A program made the position numbers and the translations under genes. Below, piece by piece: positions 1 to 8,277 of a stretch of DNA of 32,000 nucleotides. Positions within the stretch are counted from its first letter, which is position 1; every line of letters begins with the position of its first letter. Origin of the DNA: Okeania sp. (GTDB lineage Bacteria > Cyanobacteriota > Cyanobacteriia > Cyanobacteriales > Microcoleaceae); contig NZ_JAYKGW010000104.1 of assembly GCF_035285525.1 (NCBI RefSeq), positions 1 through 32,000 on the forward strand. Direction: 5' to 3'. The notes under the pieces were generated by a model, which was given only the letters and a program-made list of their open reading frames with translations, did no database searches and had not been told where the DNA came from.

Positions 1-206
1 AGGGGGGAGAAAGACTGAAAGGGAAGGGGGAGAAGGACTCCCCTCTCTCTGCAAGAGAAGGGGGAGAAAGACTGAAAGAGAAGGGGGAGAAGGACTCCCC
101 TCTCTCTGCAAGAGAAGGGGGAGAAAGACTCCCCTCTCTCTGCAAGGGAAGGGAGAGAAAGACTCCCCTCTCCTCGCAGGAGAGGGGTTGGGGGAGAGGT
201 CTTAAG
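1..206. repeat. Tandem array of a G/C-rich hairpin repeat, same family as 8489-8654 and 11871-11956; cut by the window edge
   Basis: The unit GGGGAGAAAGACTGAAAG.GAAGGGGGAGAAGGACTCCCCTCTCTCTGCAAGAGAAG occurs at 2-60 and 61-117. Shortened copies lie at 118-151 and 152-206, ending GGGGTTGGGGGAGAGGTC. Confidence 0.75.
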
Positions 207-272
207 CATCGCCCGAAAATATTAAGAACGGGCAAGATAGATGCCCATTCCACAGTTTGATATAAAAACTTC

Positions 273-1175
273 TTAATTGGCGATAATTTCCAGAATACCT
301 CGGTCTCCATCAAGATTAGCTTCCACTCCCACAGGTAAAGCAGCATTAGGACCATCATGGCCAAAGGGAAGTTCAGAGACAATAGGAATATTCAAATCAG
401 ACAAGCGATCGCGCAATACTTCCTCCACAGTAAACTCAGTCAAATTCATTCGTCCAGGGGAACAGTCACTAAACCTCCCTAGAGCAATACCTTTAATCTG
501 CTGTAAAACACCAGCCATCCGCCACTGGGTCAACATTCGGTCAATACAATAAGGAGGTTCATTCACATCTTCTAAAGCTAAAATTGTCCCACTCAAATCT
601 GGTTGATATTTAGTACCTAATAAATGACTTGCTACAGTCAAGTTGGCTGGCATTAAACTGCCCTTTGCTTGGCCACCACCCCAACCATTTCCTTTGAGAG
701 GTTCTAAGGGACGACCCTCCACTAAATCAAATAGTCTTTGAATGGACCATTCTGGTTCAGCAGATAATGTGGCCAATAATGGACCATGAACGCAGAAAAA
801 GTCCATCTGGCTAAAAGTCCAGAGTAGAGCGGTAATATCAGAAAAACCAATCAACCATTTAGGAGGGAACGATGAGTCATGATTTGGGTATTGCCAGTTT
901 TCTAACAAGCGAGTAGCACCATAACCACCCCGAGAGCAAAGAAGACCACGACAATTTTCATTATTAATAGCTGTTGCTAATTGACTATAGCGACTTTCAT
1001 CTGTACCTGCTAAATAACCCCATTGTTTGTCATAGTTGGGAATAAGTTCCACTTTATAGCCATGCGATCGCCAAATTTCTATTCCTTTTTGTAGACCATC
1101 TAATTCTCGTAAACAACCACTAGGAGAAACAACTTGTAGTAAGTCACCTGGTTTTAAGTAGTTTTGATTTAGCAC
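273..1175 (-). CDS. LD-carboxypeptidase (peptidase S66, muramoyl-tetrapeptide carboxypeptidase family)
   Basis: 300-aa ORF with a GTG start at 1175, 11 nt after the upstream stop. S66 hallmarks are present: N-terminal GDLLQVVSPSG, nucleophile elbow GFSDITALL, acidic EDVNEPPYCIDRML and C-terminal FGH. Confidence 0.85.
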   Translation of the reverse strand: MLNQNYLKPGDLLQVVSPSGCLRELDGLQKGIEIWRSHGYKVELIPNYDKQWGYLAGTDESRYSQLATAINNENCRGLLCSRGGYGATRLLENWQYPNHDSSFPPKWLIGFSDITALLWTFSQMDFFCVHGPLLATLSAEPEWSIQRLFDLVEGRPLEPLKGNGWGGGQAKGSLMPANLTVASHLLGTKYQPDLSGTILALEDVNEPPYCIDRMLTQWRMAGVLQQIKGIALGRFSDCSPGRMNLTEFTVEEVLRDRLSDLNIPIVSELPFGHDGPNAALPVGVEANLDGDRGILEIIAN

Positions 1176-1186
1176 AATTATTTATA

Positions 1187-1618
1187 TTATTTTGTAGTCT
1201 TATTCACAACTAGGATATTACGATTTCCTGGATTTAATTTCTCATAGATAAATTTATCAACACTTTCATAAATCAAGAATATTCCTAATCTCCCGATCGA
1301 GCGTTCTTCTAAGGTTTTTTGTGTAGTTAAAGTTTCTTCTTCTAAAATATCTGGATCGGTAGGATCGTAATGTTTACCTGTATCTTCAATATTAATAGTT
1401 AGACTTTCCTCATCTATTTCCGCTTGTATGCGAATATCTCCTGATAAACCAGCTTCATTATATCCATGAGTAATAATATTTGTTACTATTTCATCTACTG
1501 CTAAACATAATTTATATGATGCTTTCTTTTCTAAACCAGCTTCTGCTGCTGCTGATTTAATATATTTACGAACTTTTCCTAAATTATCTAGTGTTCCTGG
1601 TAATATTAATAGTTCCAT
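1187..1618 (-). CDS. RsbW/SpoIIAB-like anti-sigma regulatory factor (serine protein kinase, HATPase_c fold); Slr1861-like by position
   Basis: 143-aa ORF with ATG at 1618. It has an N-box-like DEIVTNIITHGY and a G1-like IEDTGKHYDP, and its size is typical of partner-switching kinases. It sits directly downstream of the PP2C phosphatase. Confidence 0.8.
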   Translation of the reverse strand: MELLILPGTLDNLGKVRKYIKSAAAEAGLEKKASYKLCLAVDEIVTNIITHGYNEAGLSGDIRIQAEIDEESLTINIEDTGKHYDPTDPDILEEETLTTQKTLEERSIGRLGIFLIYESVDKFIYEKLNPGNRNILVVNKTTK

Positions 1619-1707
1619 AAATACTCCTTTCTTTAGTTTTGTTTTTAATAAAAAGTAAAATCAATTATTGCACAAAAATCACTAATTATTTATCAAATAA
1701 TTCAATT

Positions 1708-1775
1708 TTAAAGCCTCCTCTTTCAAGGGAAAAAATATTTTTTTCCTTGGAGGTAATTATCAATTATCCATCAAT
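1708..1775. repeat. Dispersed AT-rich hairpin repeat ending in AATTATCAATTATCCAT; second copy at 23127-23223
   Basis: TTAAAGCCTCCTCTTTCAAGGGAAAAAATATTTTTTTCCTTGGAGGTAATTATCAATTATCCATCAAT contains CCTCC...GGAGG and CAAGGGAAAAAA/TTTTTTCCTTG arms. It lies between the phosphatase stop and the kinase start. Confidence 0.6.
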
Positions 1776-1806
1776 AAACCTACTCCCTATTTTCTAATAA
1801 TTTTAG

Positions 1807-3183
1807 CTAATTTCTGCGAACTGCTAACATTGTAATATCATCAAATTGTGGTGCATCCTCCATATAATCAAACAATTTATTTTTAATGCGCTTCATCAAT
1901 TCTAATGCAGAATCAGGAGGTTTTTCCACCAATTCTTTTAGCCTTTTGTCTGTAAATAACTTTCCTTCAGGACATTTGGCTTCCGTTACGCCATCAGTAT
2001 AACCTATAAGTATTTCTCCAGGTTCTAACTGAACTTCCTTAATTTGAAACTTCATATTTGGCATCATCCCCACCGCAGGTCCAGTTGGGTTTAGGGTTTG
2101 TTTTATACCATCTTGATTAAGAATAAATAATGGTTCATGGCCTCCATTCACATAACTAAGTAAACCTGTTTTTGGGTCTAGCACCCCAAAAAATAATGTA
2201 GCAAACATACTCATTTGCCAGTGGTTTTCGGCAACGTAGTCATTAGTCAGGCGAACAGCTTGAAGAGCTTTATTGTGAGCCAAATTAATTGAACTTCCAG
2301 TTTCTTGTAGTTGATTTTCCTGAGAAGAAAAGATGCGAATTAAGCTACGGAATAAAGCCATAAACAACGCTGCACCTACTCCCTTATCACAAACATCTGC
2401 TATTACTAAACCTATTTGATCATTGCCAAGGGAAAAAGCATCATAAAAATCTCCTGCTACTTGTTTAGCTGGATGAAAACAAGCAACTATTTCCCACTCA
2501 TCCAACTTAGGAATATCGTAGGGAAGAAAATCTATTTGAATTTGTCTACCCTTTTCTAATTCATGGTCAAGAGCTTTAGAATAAGTATCTAGTTTTCCAT
2601 AAAGTCTGGCATTTTCTAGAACTAACCCTATGTGTTCTGCAGTTGCTTCCATTGACTCTGCCATTCTCTCAGTAAAATGATTAGGTTCAGAGTGCAATAA
2701 AGTAATAATACCAAGGACATCTTGATTATTAATAATAGGCACACCTAATGCGGAACGAACTATATAAGGTTGATTAGGTAAAGTTAACCAGCGATCATCC
2801 TGTTCAGTATCCGTAATTAATCCTATTTGACGGTTACGACATACCCAACCTGCTAACCCTTGGTCTAAAACACTACCAATTAGTTGAGCGCGTTGTTCGG
2901 GGGTTACTTCCGTGCGAGTGAGAATAGCATCTACAATTTTCCCAGATACAGGGTCTAGTAAAAATAGACTTCCCTTTTCGGTAGCAGTGACATCAGCACA
3001 AACATCTAAAGTTTTTTGTAATGCTCCTCTAATTACTCCTCCTGGCCTAGCAGTGCATTTTGTTGTTACTTCAGTTAATACTTTTTGAGCTACTACGAAG
3101 GCTGCTAGTTCTTTTGTGACTTTGGCCATTTCCTGCTTTAGCAAGTTTAGTTCTTCCCGGAGTTTTTCTTCTGTAGTTGCCAT
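1807..3183 (-). CDS. icfG: GAF-domain PP2C/SpoIIE-type serine phosphatase (RsbU/IcfG-like)
   Basis: The ORF track extends to 3273, but those 30 extra codons (TTG start) translate a MITE (3214-3306). I prefer ATG 3183 (MATTEEKLREEL, coiled coil). The central region is GAF-like (GSLFLLD, ALGVPII...LGIITLLH). C-terminal PP2C motifs are GDFYD, VIADVCDKGVGAALFM, GYTDGVTEA and DDITMLAVRR. The symbol is assigned from cluster synteny with Synechocystis slr1856-slr1861. Confidence 0.8.
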   Translation of the reverse strand: MATTEEKLREELNLLKQEMAKVTKELAAFVVAQKVLTEVTTKCTARPGGVIRGALQKTLDVCADVTATEKGSLFLLDPVSGKIVDAILTRTEVTPEQRAQLIGSVLDQGLAGWVCRNRQIGLITDTEQDDRWLTLPNQPYIVRSALGVPIINNQDVLGIITLLHSEPNHFTERMAESMEATAEHIGLVLENARLYGKLDTYSKALDHELEKGRQIQIDFLPYDIPKLDEWEIVACFHPAKQVAGDFYDAFSLGNDQIGLVIADVCDKGVGAALFMALFRSLIRIFSSQENQLQETGSSINLAHNKALQAVRLTNDYVAENHWQMSMFATLFFGVLDPKTGLLSYVNGGHEPLFILNQDGIKQTLNPTGPAVGMMPNMKFQIKEVQLEPGEILIGYTDGVTEAKCPEGKLFTDKRLKELVEKPPDSALELMKRIKNKLFDYMEDAPQFDDITMLAVRRN

Positions 3184-3213
3184 TTCTAATAATACTCTTA
3201 GTCTGTTAATAAT

Positions 3214-3306
3214 AGGACTTACGCACGCGCAACCTATTTCTGTCATTGCGAGGAAGGAGCGAAGCAATCTCAAATGACCAAAACTCAGCGATTATGCGTA
3301 AGTCCT
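3214..3306. mobile_element. MITE-like element, TIR AGGACTTACGCA / TGCGTAAGTCCT
   Basis: Perfect 12-nt terminal inverted repeats at 3214-3225 and 3295-3306, with an internal CATTGC...GCAATC hairpin. Confidence 0.75.
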
Positions 3307-3440
3307 GAATAATATAGAAACCATCTCAGGAGATAGACGGAAAGATTATTGTATGTCAATAATCTTTCCTCTTTTAATTATGACTTATATAGAATCCGGC
3401 TACAAGTGTATATGTTCATAATTTTATCTACACTTTCCAC

Positions 3441-3477
3441 TCCCCATCTTCCCATCTCCCCATCTCCCCATCTCCCA
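3441..3477. repeat. STRR-like tandem octamer (TCCCCATC), about 4.5 units
   Basis: TCCCCATC TTCCCATC TCCCCATC TCCCCATC TCCCA read directly. It is enclosed by the inverted repeats ATATAGAATCCGG / CCGGATTTTATAT. Confidence 0.8.
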
Positions 3478-3649
3478 AAACTATATAACGAGTATTCAAC
3501 CGGATTTTATATTACGCATAACCATAATACCTAGTATGGGACAAATGGCATTTGCCCCATACATACATACAATTGTTGTATAGCTTCACATTTTGCCTAA
3601 TTCGTGTTAATCTCATAATTTGTAAAGTTCCTACACGCTTGATCTTAAC

Positions 3650-3780
3650 AGGACTTACCCATGAGTAACACAATTTCGACGTTTGAGACTACTATCCTTA
3701 CGGACTGCGACCCATTCATGTCGCGGAGCGAAACCCTGACGCTCGTATCGGACAGAAACACGTTGTTCTGCGTAAGTCCT
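3650..3780. mobile_element. MITE-like element (131 bp), same TIR family
   Basis: AGGACTTACCCA at 3650-3661 and TGCGTAAGTCCT at 3769-3780. Confidence 0.7.
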
Positions 3781-3842
3781 AATTAATTCTGACAGTTCAA
3801 TACCTCTATAGCTAGGTAATTTTAGAGCATCTCAACCGTTGG

Positions 3843-4339
3843 TCAACCTTTATCAATTTTATTACATAGCAGCTTTTGGTAATAAGAGGCTAAAAAGCCT
3901 TGATATTTCTCTAAAAGGTCATCAGACAAAAATTTCCCTCCCTTAATGGAACCTCTACAGAGATGGCTTTGACAATTACAATTAGGAACAGCGACTGAAA
4001 TCCATTCAGACATACAATAATCAAAAGTTATTTCTTCTCCTTTCGCAATTGGTTTCATTGCCACCAAATTATATCCATTAAACCTATTTGACTTAATCCC
4101 ACAATTTGGCTCACAGGAATGATTAACCAACTCAAAAGGTTCATCTAGCCTCACATGAGCATCTATGTCAATTTGCAGAGTTTGCCAAGTTCTCTCTGGC
4201 ATTTTGCCTATGGGCTTCCCTACTATGACAATATCGTTAGCATCAAAATCTCTATTAGCAAAGACCCCCTCCCTTTATCAGAAGTTTTTAATACAACTAC
4301 ATAAGATGATTTTTTATGGTTAATTTCTTCGTTTAACAT
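3843..4339 (-). pseudogene. SET-domain protein-lysine methyltransferase, interrupted by a 1-nt frameshift in a C5/G5 homopolymer (4265-4269)
   Basis: From ATG 4339 the reading is MLNEEINHKKSSYVVVLKTSDKGRG, and that frame stops at 4225-4223. The other frame continues VFANRDFDANDIVIVGKPIGK into the 119-aa ORF 3843-4202. SET motifs are present: NHSCEPN, GEEITFDY and the post-SET cluster CNCQSHLCRG. The total of 497 nt is one short of 166 codons. Confidence 0.75.
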
Positions 4340-4368
4340 CATTAAGTGCTTCTGCCATTATTAGAAAC

Positions 4369-4456
4369 TGGACTTACGCAGTACCGCTATAGCGAGTATG
4401 GGGGAATGCCATTCACCCCTACAGATAGTCTATAATTTCGTTTTTTCGTAAGTCTT
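4369..4456. mobile_element. MITE-like element, degenerate right TIR
   Basis: TGGACTTACGCA at 4369-4380 and TTCGTAAGTCTT at 4445-4456, about 30 nt upstream of the SET start codon. Confidence 0.6.
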
Positions 4457-4505
4457 GAGAAACCTACAATTTTCTATAAAAATAGATAATTTTCTATAAA
4501 ATTAC

Positions 4506-4669
4506 AGGACTTACACGGGAGGCACTATATATATATATAGAGTCCTGGTGCGTTGTGCGTTGTACGGTTTACATATCGCGTAGCGTTTCAGCGCTTGAGC
4601 CGACATATAAAGCGGAGCTTTGCGGAACGCAAAACACACCCTACCAGTAGCGTTCATGGCTTTAGTCCT
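4506..4669. mobile_element. MITE-like element (164 bp), related to 10636-10795
   Basis: Begins AGGACTTACACGGGAGGCACTATATATATATATAG and ends GGCTTTAGTCCT. It shares the CACTATATAT and GGTGCGTT blocks with 10636-10795. Confidence 0.65.
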
Positions 4670-4898
4670 AAATTATTTGAAATTTAGCCGTTGCTGATTA
4701 TGGGTATGATTTTGCCCCCCGATTTCCCCAAAGTTGAGGGGCAAAACTATGAAATTCTAGTAAAATTGGGGATGCGGGGGGGGCTTGATCAAAACCAAAC
4801 AATCGCCCATTCATACTTCAATTCACCAACGACGAAATTTATATACTCCAAAGCTCAGGGTTTGCAGACCAAACTCTTACAGTTCAATATTGTAATAA

Positions 4899-5237
4899 TT
4901 ACGCTTCTATTTGAGCTGCATCATACTCATCCAGCAAATAAATACTCTGGTCGAAACCAGTTTTAGTAATAGTTTCCTTTACTGTTTCTTGAACGCCTAC
5001 CATATAAATGTCAACCCCTGTTCCCATTTTTTGTTTAGCAAAAATCAATACCCGTAGACCTGCACTTGCCATAAATTCTAGTTCTTGCATCATCAAAACC
5101 AGTCTTTTTGGACTTGTAGCTGCTGCTTCCTCTACTTTGGTTTTAAAATCAGGAGCTGTAGCTCCATCTAATTCTCCAGATAATGTTATTTTCGCAATAT
5201 TATCTTTGATTGTTTCTAGGGTTGCTGTAAAAGCCAT
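4899..5237 (-). CDS. STAS-domain anti-sigma-factor antagonist (SpoIIAA/RsbV-like); Slr1859-like by position
   Basis: The track start (GTG 5285) is unlikely. ATG 5237 (MAFTATLETIKD) has AAGGA 8 nt upstream. The protein shows a STAS pattern with the phospho-acceptor context EFMASAGLRVL. Confidence 0.8.
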   Translation of the reverse strand: MAFTATLETIKDNIAKITLSGELDGATAPDFKTKVEEAAATSPKRLVLMMQELEFMASAGLRVLIFAKQKMGTGVDIYMVGVQETVKETITKTGFDQSIYLLDEYDAAQIEA

Positions 5238-5411
5238 AATTTTTCCTTTGTTGTTGATCTTTTTATGATTTTGTAGAAATTTCACTGGGGAGTGAAATTT
5301 TTGTCCTCTTTATAATATAATATCAGTTTTTAGGTTAAAAAAATTAGCATCAGAAAGCTCACACAAGAGTAGAAAAATTAAGAGACTATTCTTCCAACTA
5401 ATTCCTCTATC

Positions 5412-5514
5412 AGGACTTACACGGGAGGAACCCGGTTTCTACAGTAAATCATTGTTTTTGACAATAAATATCCACCCTCGTACCCGGTTTCTGGGTTCGC
5501 GTGGCTTTAGTCCT
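5412..5514 (+). mobile_element. MITE-like element, about 102-bp subfamily with internal AACCCGGTTTCT / AGAAACCGGGTT boxes
   Basis: AGGACTTACACGGGAGGAACCCGGTTTCTACAGTAAATCATTGTTTTT...CCCGGTTTCTGGGTTCGCGTGGCTTTAGTCCT. The first 48 nt match the inverted copy at 7787-7879. Confidence 0.8.
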
Positions 5515-5542
5515 GTCTATAACTCCCATTCATCCTGACTCT

Positions 5543-5605
5543 GTAGGGACGTTGCATAAGGGCATCCCTACGAATCTGTACGGACGTTGCATGAAACGTC
5601 CCTAC
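5543..5605. repeat. Two GTAGGGACGTT...-type hairpin repeats abutting the glgX stop
   Basis: GTAGGGACGTTGCATAAGGGCATCCCTAC (5543-5571) and GTACGGACGTTGCATGAAACGTCCCTAC (5578-5605). No U-tract follows on the minus strand. Confidence 0.65.
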
Positions 5606-5608
5606 TCC

Positions 5609-7729
5609 CTATTTACTTACCAGAATAACTACAGAGCGATCGCCCAGGAATAACCCATGTTGATTTTCCAAAACAGGTTCGCTTCCTGGTTCCCAAGCAT
5701 CTTCTGGGGAAGCACAAGCAGTATTAGCAAAAACGTGCCACTTTTTCCCATCTGATAAACCAGGAATATCAAACCAGAGAGTATCCCAGTGCATATTCAT
5801 TGCCACATAAATATCATTATCTACCTCTGTTGCTTCTCTTGCGTGTTTACCACAAAGCATAAAAGCCAAAGTCCGAGAATGAGAAGACCAGTCAGCATTC
5901 CAAACCTGAGTACCATGCCAAGTAATGTCTAAATTTCCACTACCCGCATAATCTTGATTGCGGAAATGGTAACGATTTCTCAATACTGGGTGTGCTTTCC
6001 GAAATGCAATACAATTCTTCACAAACTTGAATAAGTTGGCATTTGTTTCCAGAAATTCCCAATTTAGCCAATTTAATTCGGAGTCGTGGCAATAAGTATT
6101 ATTATTACCATTTTTACTCCGCCCTATTTCATCACCCATCAATAACATCGGAACACCTTGACTCACCATCATAATTGCGATCGCATTTCGCATCTGACGA
6201 CTACGCAAAGCATTTATTCCTGGGTCATCAGTCCAACCTTCTGCCCCACAGTTCCAACTTTCGTTATCATTAGCACCATCATTATTATTTTCACCATTAG
6301 CTTCATTATGCTTACCATTGTAAGACACCATATCTGCTAAAGTGAAACCGTCATGGGCGGTAATAAAATTAATAGATGTTGCTGGAGCGCGACCTTGCCC
6401 AGCATAGAGGTCTGGAGAACCTTGTATCCGTTGTGCCATTTCCCCTACAGCACAATCACCCTTAATAAACCTGCGAATAGAATCCCGATATTTACCATTC
6501 CATTCTGCCCAACGTCCAAAAGCGGGAAAAGAACCCACCTGATATAAACCACCAGCATCCCAAGCTTCTGCAATCAACTTACAGTTAGCTAAAATTGGGT
6601 CAAAAGCCAAAGTTTCTAATAGTGGAGGATTTGCTAATGGTGCGCCCCAAGGATCCCGTCCCAGAATTGAAGCCAAATCAAACCGGAAACCATCAATATG
6701 ATATTCACTCGCCCAATAACGCAAACAATCTAATACCACATTTCTGACAATTGGGTTATTACAATTAAGAGTATTACCACAACCACTAAAATTAAAATAA
6801 TAACCTTCGGGTGTTAACATATAATATGTCTTATTGTCAATACCCCTAAAAGAAATTGTCGGACCGTTTTCATTTCCTTCCGCCGTGTGGTTAAACACAA
6901 CATCTAAAATGACTTCAATGCCATTCTTATGCAGTTCCTTAACTAGAGCTTTTAACTCATCTATCTGCATCCCCAACTTACCTGTAGCAGCATATCCAGC
7001 TTTAGGAGCAAAAAAACCGACCGTACTATAACCCCAATAATTGTAGAGCATCTCCCCTGTAATCGGGCTAGGACGAGAATTTTCAAACTCATCAAATTCA
7101 TAAACAGGCATTAACTCAATAGCATTAATACCCAATTCTTTGAGGTAAGGAATTTTTTCCCGAATGCCAGCAAATGTTCCTGGATGTTTGACACCAGAAG
7201 AAGGATGAGCAGTAAAACTGCGAACGTGCATTTCATAAATAATCTGATCTTGTGGGGGAATCTCTAGAGGGCGGTCATTTTCCCAGTCAAAATCATCAAA
7301 AGCAATTCTCGCCCGATGTTGATAAATATCATCCCAGTTTGGTGTTTTTCCCCAAACATCGCGACCCCCAATAATCTTAGCATAAGGATCCATGAGAATT
7401 TTACTTTGGTCGAACCATTGACCGTCATGGAAATTATTTGGTCCATCCATGCGATAACCATATTCAATATTTTCAACATCGAGGTTGAATACAATCATAG
7501 AATAGACATTTCCTATCCGAAATTCTTCAGGAAAAGGAATTTCTGCCATTGGTTGGGGAGCGCCTTTTTCAAATAAGACTAACGTACAGGATGTAGCGTG
7601 GGAAGAAAATATGGAAAAATTTACTCCCCCTGACATCATCGTTGCACCAAATGGAAAAGGGTTTCCCCTACGGAATTTAAAGTCACCGTGACTATGGGTA
7701 GGATGAATATCAATACGGTCTTGTAACAT
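5609..7729 (-). CDS. glgX: Glycogen debranching enzyme GlgX (isoamylase, GH13)
   Basis: 706 aa with ATG at 7729. The GH13 conserved regions are present: DVVFNHT, GFRFDLAS, IAEAWD and FITAHDGF. There is an N-terminal CBM48-like segment (GVNFSIFS). Confidence 0.92.
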   Translation of the reverse strand: MLQDRIDIHPTHSHGDFKFRRGNPFPFGATMMSGGVNFSIFSSHATSCTLVLFEKGAPQPMAEIPFPEEFRIGNVYSMIVFNLDVENIEYGYRMDGPNNFHDGQWFDQSKILMDPYAKIIGGRDVWGKTPNWDDIYQHRARIAFDDFDWENDRPLEIPPQDQIIYEMHVRSFTAHPSSGVKHPGTFAGIREKIPYLKELGINAIELMPVYEFDEFENSRPSPITGEMLYNYWGYSTVGFFAPKAGYAATGKLGMQIDELKALVKELHKNGIEVILDVVFNHTAEGNENGPTISFRGIDNKTYYMLTPEGYYFNFSGCGNTLNCNNPIVRNVVLDCLRYWASEYHIDGFRFDLASILGRDPWGAPLANPPLLETLAFDPILANCKLIAEAWDAGGLYQVGSFPAFGRWAEWNGKYRDSIRRFIKGDCAVGEMAQRIQGSPDLYAGQGRAPATSINFITAHDGFTLADMVSYNGKHNEANGENNNDGANDNESWNCGAEGWTDDPGINALRSRQMRNAIAIMMVSQGVPMLLMGDEIGRSKNGNNNTYCHDSELNWLNWEFLETNANLFKFVKNCIAFRKAHPVLRNRYHFRNQDYAGSGNLDITWHGTQVWNADWSSHSRTLAFMLCGKHAREATEVDNDIYVAMNMHWDTLWFDIPGLSDGKKWHVFANTACASPEDAWEPGSEPVLENQHGLFLGDRSVVILVSK

Positions 7730-7786
7730 TTATTTTTGTTAGTATACGGTTGAGTACGGGCACGACTTTAATGAACAGGACTAACG

Positions 7787-7879
7787 CAGACAAACCTATC
7801 AACCCGGTTTTTTGTAGATGTTTATGTGTGGAAAAACAATGATTTACTGTAGAAACCGGGTTCCTCCCGTGTAAGTCCT
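7787..7879 (-). mobile_element. MITE-like element, about 102-bp subfamily, inverted relative to 5412-5514
   Basis: AGGACTAACGCA at 7787-7798 and CGTGTAAGTCCT at 7868-7879. The reverse complement starts with the same 48 nt as 5412-5459. Confidence 0.8.
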
Positions 7880-7900
7880 GCATTATTAATTATCCATTAT

Positions 7901-8242
7901 TTATTCCTTGAGTTTTTCGATTCCTTCATCAACTTTTTCCACAGTTATGAAAAAGTCTAGAAACCCAGTCACAGACATAGTATCTTGAAGCTCTTCAGAA
8001 AGTCCTACCAATACAACTTTTCCTTCTTGAGTTTCTGTTTGTCGATATAATGATAGTAACATTCGTAACCCAGCACTAGACATATATGGCACATTGGTCA
8101 TATCCATCAGGATTTTGCTACCGGGTTCCGCTAGAGGTACAACTTGTTTTTGAACATTAGGTGCTGTATTAGCATCAATGTCTCCAATTAGTTCTACTAC
8201 TTTAATTTCTTCTTCTGTTCTAATATTAATTTCGATTGCCAT
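7901..8242 (-). CDS. STAS-domain anti-sigma-factor antagonist (SpoIIAA/RsbV-like); Slr1856-like by position
   Basis: The track start (GTG 8308) translates a dispersed repeat (MLGFVPQPNL), so I prefer ATG 8242 (MAIEINIRTEEE). The protein shows a STAS pattern with PYMSSAGLRMLL. Confidence 0.8.
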   Translation of the reverse strand: MAIEINIRTEEEIKVVELIGDIDANTAPNVQKQVVPLAEPGSKILMDMTNVPYMSSAGLRMLLSLYRQTETQEGKVVLVGLSEELQDTMSVTGFLDFFITVEKVDEGIEKLKE

Positions 8243-8277
8243 TTGATTTAGTGTAATAATACTTGGATGTTTTAGAT

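Noticed and set aside
3184-3273. N-terminal extensions in the ORF track for the phosphatase (to 3273), the STAS proteins (5238-5285, 8243-8308) and the secreted protein (31685-31714).
   Set aside because: The extensions use TTG or GTG starts. For the phosphatase and the second STAS they read through a MITE or the GFVPQPNL hairpin repeat. Internal ATGs give sensible N-termini, two of them with Shine-Dalgarno-like purine tracts.
3349-3534. 61-aa ORF containing PHLPISPSPHLP.
   Set aside because: The proline/histidine repeat is the translation of the TCCCCATC octamer array. This is not a gene.
4691-4966. 91-aa plus-strand ORF, with the hairpin TTTTGCCCC-N19-GGGGCAAAA near 4710-4750.
   Set aside because: The ORF overlaps the STAS gene's 3' end on the opposite strand and has no motifs. 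The hairpin is real, but it is isolated and has no terminator tail. I could not tie it to a function.
277-7576. Short ORFs antisense to or overlapping the ldcA-like gene, STAS and glgX (277-552, 5008-5268, 6158-6340, 6353-6547, 6834-7031, 7264-7494, 7316-7576).
   Set aside because: All lie within well-supported genes and have no recognisable motifs. They are shadow ORFs.
5412-7879. glgX as cargo of an active composite transposon.
   Set aside because: There is no transposase. I saw no flanking target duplication, and the two elements diverge after 48 nt. I kept only the weaker observation of an inverted-repeat bracket as a finding.
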